In this document: one piece after another, positions 44,557 through 56,317 of the stretch | How the letters are laid out: each line of letters begins with the position of its first letter | How positions within the stretch are numbered: position 1 is the stretch's first letter | Assembly: GCA_964016885.1 (NCBI GenBank) | Contig: OZ024749.1 | Coordinates: 32,488,001-32,552,000, forward strand | Length of the DNA stretch: 64,000 nucleotides | Direction: 5' to 3' | Source: Eledone cirrhosa | Lineage: Eukaryota | Notes under the pieces: model-generated | The model's database searches: none | What the model was told of the DNA's origin: nothing | What the model saw: the letters and a program-made list of their open reading frames with translations, nothing else | Position numbers and translations under genes: made by a program

Positions 44557-45163
44557 TGGTGGCTGCCAACTCGTTTTCGAGTACGGCCACTACTTTACAT
44601 CCATGTAGGATAACCCCTACCGAAGCGCTGAACGAGTGTGACTTTTTAGTCCAGCCAGCGACTTGAAACCTCTGGTACAAACACTACACCTGTGACAATC
44701 ATTGACACATAGTGCTAGGCCCATGGTAGGACAATTATTGACACATAGTGCTGGGCCCATGTGAGGACAAGTGCAGAGAGATCTCCAGATATAAAGCAAT
44801 GCCTGTGCCGTGAAGCTTTTATAGTGAGCAAAGGCACTGCACAAAGCCAGTCCCACTCTCTTAACCAAGATGCTATTTACCAAAAAGAAGAACAAGTCAA
44901 CATCATTGGATACCATCAGGGTTGCAGGTGTTATATCAGAGTTTTCCTTCTCCTAGAATTCTGCCTTGACTAAGGCTAAAGGGGTCATCTCTCCCGGTGA
45001 TTTTGGATGGCCATTGACTCTTAAGAGCTCCTTTGCCCTTTGACAGGTTTTGTTTTTAGTCCTGCAGGATGTCCAAAGTCACCCTCCTCACCAAGAAACC
45101 TTGGTGGGGTTGCCAGTTTAGTCGCCAACGACCCGACCATGAGACAGGTTGTACTGGGATACA
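44557..45163 (-). mobile_element. RTE-derived non-autonomous element, second copy
   Basis: High identity to 39381-39990, with a small internal duplication near 44693-44760. Confidence 0.85.
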
Positions 45164-45239
45164 CATATACATATATATATACATACATACATATATATTC
45201 ATATATATATACATACATACATATATATTCATATATATA

Positions 45240-45438
45240 TGGTGGCTGCCAACTCGCCCTCGAGCACGGCCACCACTTTACATCCATGCAGGAGAACCCC
45301 TACCGACGCGCTGAACGAGTGTGACTTTTTAGTCCAGCCAGCGACTTGAAAACTCTGGTACAAAGACTACACTTGTGACAATTATTGACACATAGTGTTG
45401 GGCCCATGGTACCATGTGACGACAAGTGCAGAGAGATC
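45240..45438 (-). mobile_element. RTE-derived element, 5'-truncated third copy
   Basis: Matches the 3' 200 bp of the family. Confidence 0.85.
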
Positions 45439-46328
45439 TACACATATATATATATATACATACACACATATATATATATATACATACACACATATATATA
45501 TATATACATACACACATATATATATATATATACATACACACATATATATATATATACATACACACATATATATATATATACATACACATATATATATATA
45601 TATACATACACATATATATATATATATATACATACACATATATATATATACATACATACACATATATATATATACATACATACAGATATATATATATATA
45701 CAGATATATATATATACATATACGTCGTACACATATATACACATATCATATTTACACATATATCATATTTACACATATATATACATATACATACACATAT
45801 ATATATACATATACATACACATATATATACATATACATACACATATATATACATATACATACACATATATATATACATATACATACACATATATATATAC
45901 ATATACATACACATATATATATACATATACATACACATATATATATACATATACATACACATATATATATACATATACATACACATATATATATACATAT
46001 ACATACATATATATATATACATATACATACATATATATATATACATATACATACATATATACATACATATATACATACACATATATATATATATATACAT
46101 ACATACACACATTTATATATACATACACATATATATATATACATACACATATATATATATACATACACACATATATATATACATACACACATATATATAC
46201 ATATACATACACATATATATACATATACATACACACATACATATACATACACACATACATATACATACACACATACATATACATATACATACACACATAT
46301 ACATACACACACTCATATATATGTATAC
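45439..46328. repeat. (TATACA/TACACA) compound microsatellite, bounded by a short RTE 3'-end remnant at 46329-46354
   Basis: Read directly; remnant ATGATGGCTGCCTCCTCGTTATCGAG. Confidence 0.9.
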
Positions 46329-46739
46329 ATGATGGCTGCCTCCTCGTTATCGAGTATATACATATATATATCTATAAATATATATATATAGAGAGATATT
46401 CATATACATACATATAGATACATACACGTGTGAGTGTGTGTGTTCAATGTAAAAGAATTTTATATTTCCAATTAACTAACATATTTTTCGCTGTCGTCTT
46501 TTATGTTTATCATTTCTGTAATTAAAATCGTTTTAATCAAAACATCCGGTAAATCGGATCGGCTGATTTTTACTCTCACTTCAATACAAAAAGAAAGTCC
46601 TGTCGGATTTCCCTCGACAAATTTGCAGGGAAAGAAAGGAGCAGGTATCAGGTATGAGTCTCGATTTATTACAATCCAGTTTGTGATGTAAACTAAATGA
46701 AAAAAAATAAACATCTTGTATCCAAAAATTAGACAACAA

Positions 46740-46973
46740 ATAATGGTTTCATATATAGGCACAAGGCGTGCATTTCTTTTTTTTGGGGGGGGGGGGGGGA
46801 GAGGGGGTCAATTAAATCGACCTCAGTACGTGACTGATACTTTATTTTATCGACTCCGTAAGGATGAAAGGCAAAGTTAACCTCGGCGGGATTTGAACTC
46901 AGAATGTCAAGGGGCGTAACTCTATGCGTCAAAAGCATGGCGTCCGACCCTCTACCGATACTGCCAATCCACC
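46740..46973 (-). mobile_element. Full-length tRNA-derived SINE
   Basis: Minus strand A-box TGGCAGTATCGG, B-box GTTCAAATCC, Deu/Nin-like core GCCTTTCATCCTTACGGAGTCGATAAAAT. Confidence 0.9.
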
Positions 46974-47841
46974 TTAAAGAGTAATCATTAGTTTTAAGAC
47001 CACAGACACTTCCGGTAATCTCCGTCAGTGAAAATGGCAACAGTCGGTCTAAAATAATTAAAACCAAGTTAATTGATTAAAATGGGGTTATTTAGTATCC
47101 TAGAAATTAGATAAAAATAATATTAAAGGGTCGCAAAATGTGGTATTATCTGTTATCAGGTAAATTTCTGAAAGTACGTTGGAAATAGAGGGCTCGATGT
47201 CTCATTGATAGAGCGAGTTTGTCTTTGATTGTTTCAATCTGTTCCATGTACCTTCTGCTATGTTTGTGTATGTTGATAAATCATTAGGATCAACAAAATG
47301 TAGGGCTATAGTTAACCATCGGCTGCTTTCACAGGCAGTTCACTGATTATATAGATACGTCAATAATCAGAGGAAATTTACGAAGATTACAAGAAATTAC
47401 CTGTGTTCTTAAAAACGAAAGATTACCTAAATTAAGAGAGGAAGAGTACAGGACCGTATTATTCATAAGGCTGATTATAGGTGCCCCACAGACTAGGGGC
47501 TTGTTAATTCTTTATCTTTTCTTTTCTGTAATTGGAGGGTGGGTGAAAAATTGAAGTGCTAGAAGGGATCCATCCTAAATACCTGAAAACCAAAGGAACT
47601 CGGCCATGGGTTAATATAACTCTGAAAGAAGTGAAACTAGTGCCGCATTAATCTAGTACTAAGAGTACCATTTGCTATGGCCCCCAGATTTTCAGAAACC
47701 CATATTATAGTATATGCTACAGACCCAGCATTAAGCTTAATCCGAAAGCCTAGGGAACTGTCCTGCCATGGATATTAATATGGTACCTAGGGAAAAAAGA
47801 TAAGTCAATAAAATATGAAATAATTAAAAACCTTTCCTTAC

Positions 47842-47940
47842 CTCTTGTTCACTTTCATCTCTGAAACATAGGCAGGCTGCCCGTCTTCGAAAACCTTCTT
47901 CATCGTACGTCCTTAGTGTTTTCGTTTTTTGCTTAACCAT
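47842..47940 (-). CDS. NUDT3: Diphosphoinositol polyphosphate phosphohydrolase (DIPP, NUDT3/NUDT4 family), first coding exon, 33 codons
   Basis: ATG at 47940 gives MVKQKTKTLRTYDEEGFRRRAACLCFRDESEQE, matching the DIPP N-terminus (RTYD..G.K/RRAACLCFR.E.E.E); phase-0 donor GAG|GTAAGG; possible UTR acceptor TTCTTCAG about 12 nt upstream of the ATG. Confidence 0.92.
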
Positions 47941-50900
47941 ATCAGTGGTACCCTGAAGAATTTTGGTAAGATTTCTCAATCCTTCCTTTCGTCCTTCCAC
48001 TTTCTTTACTTTATTAATTTAATTATAATTGTATTTTTTTGTGTGTTTTGTTTTTTTTTGGTTTGTTTTTATTCCCGTAGCTGTATGTTGATTGTTGTGA
48101 TGATGGTGATAATTATTATTATTATTATAGTTTTTGTTTGTTTTTACTTTGTTATTGGTGTTTTTCGTGCATTACCTTATTGGGGTACGATATTATTATT
48201 ATTATTATTAACAATAACAACAATAATGATAATGTGATGATGATGATGATGATAATGGTGGTGGTGGTGGTGGTGGTGATGCAATAAAAAATTTATCAGA
48301 AGGAAGGAGGAAAATTTAAAACAGCGAGAGGGAAAATAAAGAGGGGGGTCGGGAGGAGAGTGTGTTAGAATGAATGAGAGAGTGACTGAGTGAGAAAGAA
48401 AGAGTTAGAGAGAGAGAGTGTGTGTGTGTGTGACAGAGTTTGTGTGTGTGTGTGACTGAGTGAGTGAGAGAGAAAGACAGAGAGATTGGGTGACAGAGAG
48501 AGAGAGAGATCAAACAATGCTTGCAGTGGCACCTGATCCACGTGCTGCTAGAGCGGCAACGGCGAAGAAGGAGGATGATGTCTGAATTAATCTATTGTTA
48601 TTGTTGTAGTGGTGATTGTTGTTGTAGTAGTTTATGATGTTGTTTGTTAATGATGTTGATGTTATGGGACTCTTGATTAGTGTTAGTAGCGGTCAAAGGA
48701 GAGAGGGGAGCGACAGCTGTCTTCTTGGAGATGGAAGAAGCAGAAGAAGATGGAAGGGAAGCGAAACCGACAAAATAAGAAAGAGGAGATTTTTTATAAC
48801 AACAACTATTAATATTGCTAGTATTGTTATTATTAATATTATATATATGACGACTACAATAAAGACGGCGACGATTGCGATGACAATGGTGATAACAACA
48901 ACGAGAATGATGATGGTGGTGGTGATAGAAGAAAGTAAGGTGGGGAAGAGAAAAAGCTGAAGAAGAACACCAAGAATTAAGAGAAGAAGATGATGAAGAA
49001 TAAGGAGAAGGATAAGAAGCTTTGGTGGCTTTTTTGGAAGTAATATTATTGGCGCCCTGTTCAACACCTTTAGCCATTTTCTGCTTGGCAACCACTGCAA
49101 TGGTTGTTACCACCTCTTGGATTAGTGGCAAGAAAGACTGAGCAGAGCTGAAGTAATTTATTTATACAAACAGACGTGTATAGAATATGTTCAGACATAT
49201 GGCTAAATTATGTGTATAATAGATTATATATATATATGTATGTGTATATATATATATAGGTGTGTAGATGTATGTATATATATATAGGTGTGTATCTATA
49301 TATGTATGAGTATATATATATATCTATATTTGTATGTATATATACGTATGTGTGTGTGTATGTATGTGACTGGCGCACGTATGCAGGGATACGAGCAAGA
49401 GATTGAAAAATAAAGGTGTGTTGTAGAGTATATAGAAGTATGAGAGAAAAATGGTGCGTGTATATATGTATGTATGTATAAATATATTGTATCAAAAAAA
49501 ATGTAATGAGTATTTTCTAAGAGAACCTGTGTAGAATATGAGGTTTGTGTATTTATAGAGAAAGTATGTGTGCGTACGTGTATTAATAGATGCTGATCTA
49601 TTAAATATGTATGTAAAAAGAACGATATGTTCGTGTGTAGAGGATGTTGCTATATATACATATATATATCATATATGTATATACTTGTAACTATATACAT
49701 GTACGTCTGTCGAGGATATATATATACATATATACAAATATATACATATATGTCCGACCTAAGGAAGGGAAAGGTAAAAAAAAACTAAGGTGCAGTTGTG
49801 TTGGAGGGAGTTGGTCTTACTTAAGCAAGGTTACTAATACTAAACAGAAATAATAAAAGTGGTTGAGCAATTGCTTCGTTTAGATCTCTGGCTACAACGA
49901 TTCCAAATATGTTGCTGGTGTTGGTTGAAGGAGAAGACACTTGTGAGTGTAAGGAAGAAAAATAAATATGGACAGAGACGACTACAGCTGACCCGGCTCC
50001 GGGCCTGAAAAAATGGGCCTAGGGGGTCCATTTAGTGGCTGAAAAATATATATATTATATTATCACCGGGGTTAAAGACAAGAAATAAAGGAAGGAAGAG
50101 ATTTATAGCAATTTGTATTTGTTGTTGGTGGTGTTTTTAAAATTGAAACCACCAACAATAATAATATTGATGAATATAATAAAAAAAAAAATTGATAACC
50201 TTGTCCGGTTTGGACCGGAAGAGTTCGGTTATGACTGGACTGACATGGAAATATTTATGTACAATGGATAAAGGAAATTAACAGTGTAATAGACTAGAAG
50301 ACAGAGGTGCGTGTGTGTATATATATAGATATATGTGAGTGTCTATGTGGGCTACAGAGAGGCAGATGCCTGTGTATATAGATAGATAGATGTGTGTGTG
50401 TGTATATATATATATAATATGTATGTAAGTATAGTGTATGTATATATATATTATATATGTGTATGTATATATATTATATGTATATATATAGATTTAATGT
50501 ATATATTAGATGTATGTGTGAAGAGAGAGAGAGAGAGAATGTGAAAGTTGGAGAGTGTGTTGTAAAAAACAAAACAAAGTAAAACAAAAGGCAATAATTA
50601 GGAGCGGAGGAGGAAGAGGTGATGTGTTGTTGTTATTATTTTTACCTTAGTTTGGTAATTTTGTAGTATTTTTCCTTAAATTTCTTGTGTATCTCTTTGT
50701 CTCTCTCTCCTCCTGTCAAAAAATACCGGAATCAGCGGTGAAATAAATCGTCGCTCTCTCTCTTCACAACCCCCATGATTTCCCACTAGTCTTCTCCCGT
50801 AAGACAAATGCACTCATGTGTATATAACATACATACATAGCTATATATATATATACAGCTATATATAGAGAGAGATATAAATATATAGATATATATAGAG

Positions 50901-51859
50901 ATAGATAGATATATGTAGTTATATATGTATACAGCTGTGTACGTACGTATGTTTGTTGTGTTGTATCATCTGTGTCCTTCGTGTAAAGCTGAGGTGAATG
51001 GCACTAAAGTGTTTTTGTTGTGTTTTCTGTAGATTGTTTTGTTTTGTTTTGTTCTTTTTAAATTAAGACATAGTGTTCATGTTTTTTTTTGTTTTTTGTT
51101 GTGTGCAGCTGATGGCTGCTGTCTAACATACAACAACTTCTTAACGAAGGAGACTAAAAATCTAAGGCGAAAGCCAGACAAAGTGTATTAAATGGCTTTG
51201 GCGCTGATGGTTTGATATTAAACAGAGTAGTCTCCCCTGACTGTAGAGAGCGACAGGTAAAGAGATAGACGGAGGGGGAGAGAATAAAGGAAGAAGACAC
51301 AGAGAGGAAGAAGAGAGATATGGAGAGAAAGAAGCACAGGTGTGAGTGAGGAAGTAGAGAGAGTGAGAGAGAGAGAGAGAATTAAATGGCTAATGTTGAC
51401 GTAGAAGACGATAGTTACACAGATTAGAACAGGAGAGAAAAATTATGTACGCACACATATATATATATATATATATACCCAGAGAACAGAGAGAGAGAGA
51501 AGGTTCGATTTACTGAGAGAGATATAAAGAAAAAGATTGAAACGGCTAGAAAGAGGGAGGTGAAGTTATATAGACAGAGAAATAGAGAGATAAAGATATG
51601 TGAAGTTATATATAGAGAAAGAAAATACGTGAGTGTATGTGGATATAGAAATAGAGAAAGGAAGAGAGAAAAGGTGTGAAGTATATAGAGAGAGGTAGTG
51701 AAAGGGTAGCAGAAGAGAATGGAAAGGTGTTAGATCGATATATGGTGATTTGAGAGGGGGGGGGAGAAACGATATACAGGGTGCACTAAGACTAGTAAAA
51801 ATGAAAGAAAAGGGAAAACTATGATAGGAAAATAGGTAAAAGTGTGTATATTGAAAGTC

Positions 51860-52003
51860 TGCGGTGCCGACACTGAGTAGACCCCCAAATCAGGGCAGTA
51901 CTCAATGCGTGGGAGGAAGCTGAGTAGGTATAAAGAAAGGTGTATAAACCCGACCGCGACGCCTAGTGGATTCGGCTTGTATGTAGCAAACCTTCTCAAA
52001 AGT
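51860..52003 (-). mobile_element. Penelope-like terminal fragment with variant (U3:A8) hammerhead at 51948-52003
   Basis: TTGAGAA-GGTTTG-ctacata-CAAGCC-GAAT-CC...GG-TC; tail contains CATTGAGTAC. Confidence 0.5.
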
Positions 52004-52015
52004 GTGTATGCGTTT

Positions 52016-52218
52016 ATCCCGGGTTCAATCGGGGGTAATCACAGTAAGTAAGGTACTCAATACATAGCAGAGTATAAATAATTAATATAGAAATGGCTTC
52101 TACAGGACTAGAACTGTTTCATTCCGGAGAAATCATCAGGAATGCCTTTCCTAATGATTTCTCCTTATGATTTTTTCCCGAATGAAACAGTTCTAGTCCT
52201 GTAGAAGCCATTTCTATA

Positions 52219-52226
<8 letters not shown>
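52016..52226 (-). mobile_element. Fold-back element family B with hammerhead at 52095-52146
   Basis: GGCATTC-CTGATGA-TTTCTCCGGAAT-GAAA-CAG-ttctagtc-CTG-TA-GAAGCC; inverted arm about 52150-52226. Confidence 0.8.
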
Positions 52227-52251
<25 letters not shown>

Positions 52252-52600
52252 CTCTCGGGTCCCAAATATTAGGTGAGGGTGAAATAAGAGAAGGGGTGGA
52301 AAATTGGTAATTGTTCTAGGTTGTCTCCGTTGATTTAAAAAAATACAGAATTAGTCGTTTAGTTTAGATATTGAGACCCCCCCCCCCATCCTATTTATTT
52401 TATAACGTATGGAATTTCCAGTGATCTTTCTTTGTCATGTATAATGTTGTTTGATGTCTAAAGAAAATTAATTGTCACAGAATAAATAAAATTTCGCCGG
52501 AGATGGATTAGCAAAAATTAATAAGTGGGTGTGGGGTGGAATAAAAGCAGGGGGGGGGGTCTACTAAAAAATTAATGAGCGATTATTCGAGACCCGAGAG
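52252..52600. mobile_element. MITE with TIR CTCTCGGGTC and TA TSD
   Basis: TA-CTCTCGGGTC ... GACCCGAGAG-TA; related interrupted copy at about 25070-25681. Confidence 0.75.
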
Positions 52601-52639
52601 TATGTGCATGTGTATATATATAAAGAGAGAGAGAGAGAG

Positions 52640-53348
52640 AGTGAAGGACCCCTAGCCTTTGTCAGGGCATTCTTCTAGGAGAAGGAAACTGGGATAACTC
52701 CGATATAAAATCTGCGGCTCAGTAGTTACCGATGATGTTGATCTTTTCTTCTTTTCTTGTTATAGCTACTGTCGCTCAGAGAGTGGGATTGGCTCAGTGC
52801 ATAGTCTTTCCTCACTTTAAAAAATATCTTCACGCACAGGCATTGCACGATAGAATTAATTAATTGTTTCTACTTTAGGCACAAGGACAGCACATACCCA
52901 GTGCATTACTGGTACTTTATTTTATCGACCCCGTAAGGATGAAAGGTAAAGTTAACCTCGGTGGGATTTGAACACACACCGTAAAGGACCGTAACTCTAT
53001 GCTGCAAAGCATGGCATCCGACCCTCTACAGATACTGCCAATCAAACGACAACTATAATAATTGTTTCTACTTTAGGTACAAGGCCAGCGATTACCCAGT
53101 GCATTACTGGTACTTTATTTTATCGACCCCGTAAGGATGAAAGGCAAAGTCAACCTCGGCGGGATTTGAACTCAGATCATAAAGGGACGTAACTATGCTG
53201 GAAAGCATGGTGTCCGACCCTCTACCGATACTGCCAATCCACCGTCCCTCTACTGATACTGCCAATCCACGATAGAATTAATTAATAATTATTAATAATG
53301 GTATATCGTGCAATGTCCATACTCGATAACGAGGGGGCAGCCATCATG
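52640..53348 (+). mobile_element. Older RTE-derived element interrupted by a SINE dimer
   Basis: TCTAGGAGAAGGAAACT block and 3' end CTCGATAACGAGGGGGCAGCCATCA. Confidence 0.65.
52862..53270 (-). mobile_element. Head-to-tail dimer of the tRNA-derived SINE
   Basis: Two full units; flanking direct repeat CACGATAGAATTAATTAAT at 52846 and 53268. Confidence 0.9.
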
Positions 53349-53500
53349 TATATATACAGTGGCGGACTGGCCAGGTTACCCACTGTAGTATTTTAGGGGC
53401 CAATGCCTTGCTTTAAAAAAAATGTCTTAGAGAAGGAATAAAAATGTTTTTTTAAATAAACAAAGCATTTGGTCAAACAATTCCCTGGCGGATTAATAGA

Positions 53501-53687
53501 ATAATTGTTTCTACTTTTGGCACAAGGCCAGCAATTATCCAGTACATTACTGGTACTTTATTTTATCGACCCCATAAGGATGAAAGGCAAAGTTAACCTC
53601 GGCGGGATTTGAACTCAGAATGGCAAGGGCCGTAACTCTATGCGCCAAAGCATGGCGTCCAACCCTCTACCGATACTGCCAATTCAC
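53501..53687 (-). mobile_element. Full-length tRNA-derived SINE with 19-bp TSD
   Basis: GGCGGATTAATAGAATAAT at 53487-53505 and 53688-53706. Confidence 0.92.
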
Positions 53688-53765
53688 GGCGGATTAATAG
53701 AATAATAGAAACCAAAGTATATGATAGTGTTAGTACTTAGTTATTGGCTTACTGTATTAATTCAT

Positions 53766-53815
<50 letters not shown>

Positions 53816-54026
53816 GAGAGCTGCTGGCCAAATAATTTTTGATATCAATGGGTTTAAAGACATATGTAAAATCAATTAGTGGTCAGTTCTTCAGTCTAAA
53901 GTCCATATGAATGAGTCTATAACATTTTACTGTTTGTTTTTTTTTCTTGGTAGTTGTGTATTTTTCACAGAACAAAATTATTTTAAATGGAATTGGAAGG
54001 GGGTGGAGGTGGGGTAGCCATGATGA

Positions 54027-54405
54027 TAATTGTTTCTACTATTGGCACAAGGCCAGCAAAACTAGTACATTACTGGTACTTTATTTTATCGACCCCGTAA
54101 GGATAATGAAAGGCAAAGTTAACCTCGGCGGGATTTGAACTCAGAATGGCAAGGGCCGTAACTCTATGCGTCAAAGCAAGGCGTCCGGCCCTCTACCGAT
54201 ACTGCCAATTCACGATGATAATTGTTTCTACTTTTGGCACAAGGCCATCAATTACCCAGTGCATTACTGGTACTTTATTTTATCGACCCCGTAAGGATGA
54301 AAGGCAAAGTTAACCTCGGCGGGATTTGAACTCAGATCGTAAAGGGACGTAACTATGCTGGAAAGCATGGCGTCCGACCCTCTACCGATACTGCCAATCC
54401 ACCAC
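54027..54405 (-). mobile_element. Head-to-tail dimer of the tRNA-derived SINE
   Basis: Two full units, CAYGATGATAAT at each junction. Confidence 0.9.
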
Positions 54406-54439
54406 CATTCACGATGATAATGATAGCAATGATGAGATA

Positions 54440-54760
54440 GGGGATCTCTATAGATAATGAACACAACCACAAAGATATGGTCCGAACGTGGAAGAGCCGA
54501 ACTCCCACTGTCATCGCCTCCATCTCTCTCACCCTCCCCCATCTCACTGTATGGTGAGCAAATGGGGTCACACGTGCTGGCCTCCCCACAACCCCGGCGG
54601 ACAGAATGGTGAAGGCGTTTCCCCGGACGGTAAGGGAGATGATGCTGGAAAAGCCATTCCAACTCGCGAGGCTCACACCTGCGGCTGGCCAGCTCAGCGC
54701 CTATGGTGGTGAGTAGGGAGGTGACCCAAGGGCCAAGGACACCAGAAGTCTCCATACCAG
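54440..54760 (-). mobile_element. 3' fragment of an RLE-type (CRE/NeSL-like) non-LTR retrotransposon
   Basis: METSGVLGP...IGAELASRRCEPRELEWLFQ / ISLTVRGNAFTIL resembles the C-terminal restriction-like endonuclease region (ETxGxxG...LFQRLSxxxxRGNA). Confidence 0.7.
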
Positions 54761-54987
54761 TATAATATGTACCGTGTAATATTTACACTATAATTAGTAA
54801 AAGGTACACATTTTTTTCCGCAAAAATTTGATTGCACTGTTTTGTTTTCACTTATGTATTTTTTGAAAATGTTATTTATTCATTATAAAAATTAAATGAT
54901 AGCATTCTATAGGTGGGTGGGCCCCCTTTGTCTCCTGGCAACCAATATTTTTAGACCCAGTCCGCCACTGTATGTATATATATATAT

Positions 54988-55179
54988 AGTTTTAATATAG
55001 ATGAGATTCTACAGGACTAGAACTGTTTCATTCTTTAGAAATCATCAGATTCCTGATGATTTCTAAAGAATGAAACAGTTCTAGTCCTGTAGAATCTCAT
55101 CTATATTAAAACTTTTATACTCTGCAATGTATTGAGTACCTTACTTACTGTGGTTACCTCCGATTCAACCCGGAATAAC

Positions 55180-55180
<1 letters not shown>
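54988..55180 (+). mobile_element. Fold-back element family B, 61-bp arms, in (TA)n
   Basis: Arms 54988-55048 / 55053-55113; tail contains GTATTGAGTACC. Confidence 0.8.
55047..55097 (+). ncRNA. Type I hammerhead ribozyme
   Basis: AGATTC-CTGATGA-TTTCTAAAGAAT-GAAA-CAG-ttctagtc-CTG-TA-GAATCT: 6-bp stem I, 4-bp stem III, GUA site. Confidence 0.8.
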
Positions 55181-55220
<40 letters not shown>

Positions 55221-55779
55221 AAAAGTTATGAAACGAAAGGAGCTGTGTGGTTACTAAAAACAAGGTTTAGGGTGGTGGTTAGGACGGAACAGGAGGAGAA
55301 AGGAAGAAAGGAGTTTCCATCGTCAGCTGTAAATCTTTGCCGGACCGATGTTTCGGCGCTGAATTACAGGACATCGGTGTAGTTCGGGTGCGCCCGAGGC
55401 CTTTTATTAATCAAAAGGCCAGGTGGAAAAGGAGAGAGAAAGAGAGAGAAAAAGGAGAGAGAAAAGGAAAGAGAGGGGAATGAGGAAGAACGGGGGGGGG
55501 ATGAGGAGAGAGGAAGAAGGGGAAAAATAGGAAAGGAATAGAAGAAAAAAAAAGTGTACAGGTCCCATCGTGGGAAGACACAGGTGAAAGAAGCATGCAA
55601 ATATATATATATATATATATTAGCATAGTACCTTTCTTAGAGTTTTCTTGGACCTTCTCCCTCTTGTCACTCCGGATTTCGCCGTATGCTATTTTACATT
55701 CATTGAAATCGTTTACGATAATTTTCTACCATATTTCTTTAATAATTATCAACCATATATGGAGGTACCGTGGTCGTAT

Positions 55780-56315
55780 GACGTTCTGATCTCCTTCAAC
55801 CACCTTTTGTCTCTGACCCTACTCCCCATAACCAGCACCAAGTTTCCTCCACCACACGTCAACTCGTTGCCTTCTCACTATTACCCCACCACTACCAAAT
55901 AACAACACCTTTATGGTTTTCACACCCCGCATCACCACCATCTACTTCTTCCCTAGGCCGAACCCTAAAACCCTATATTCTGGTTGCCCCGCTTGCTCCA
56001 CTGCATTCACTCCCATCTACATTGATTCCGTACACCCCCCTCACCCACCCCTCCATATCAACGACACCAACCACACCCTTCGTCTTTTAGATTCTTTCAT
56101 CTTCCCACTAGACCCTCGTCATTCCCATCGAAAGGGTCACCGGGATCACCAACACTTCCTCGACCTTCTCCTCTCCCCTCAAGCCTTCACCTCTACCGTT
56201 ATACGCCTTGCTCAACTGCTTTTCCTTCTCGAGTGAGATCTACCAGCAATAGGACAAGGGTAACCATCGACACTAACTTATTTGTCGGCTATGCCGTCGC
56301 CCAAATCTTTGCCCA
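55780..56315 (+). mobile_element. Penelope-like RT fragment, heavily decayed
   Basis: ACSTAFTPIYIDS..HINDTNHTLRLLDSF..QHFLD..TVIRLAQL..TNLFVGY resembles the N-terminal part of PLE RT and parallels 32036-32350. Confidence 0.6.
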
Positions 56316-56317
56316 CC

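Larger units (their letters stand above)
53357..54970. mobile_element. hAT-like non-autonomous DNA transposon carrying nested insertions
   Basis: Perfect 14-bp TIR CAGTGGCGGACTGG / CCAGTCCGCCACTG; flanks TATATATA/TATGTATA. Confidence 0.8.

Noticed and set aside
46860-46973. tRNA-like A/B boxes
   Set aside because: Heads of a multi-copy SINE; no complete cloverleaf evident
48598-49131. 177-aa and overlapping low-complexity ORFs upstream of NUDT3
   Set aside because: Built from trinucleotide repeats; more likely UTR or intron sequence
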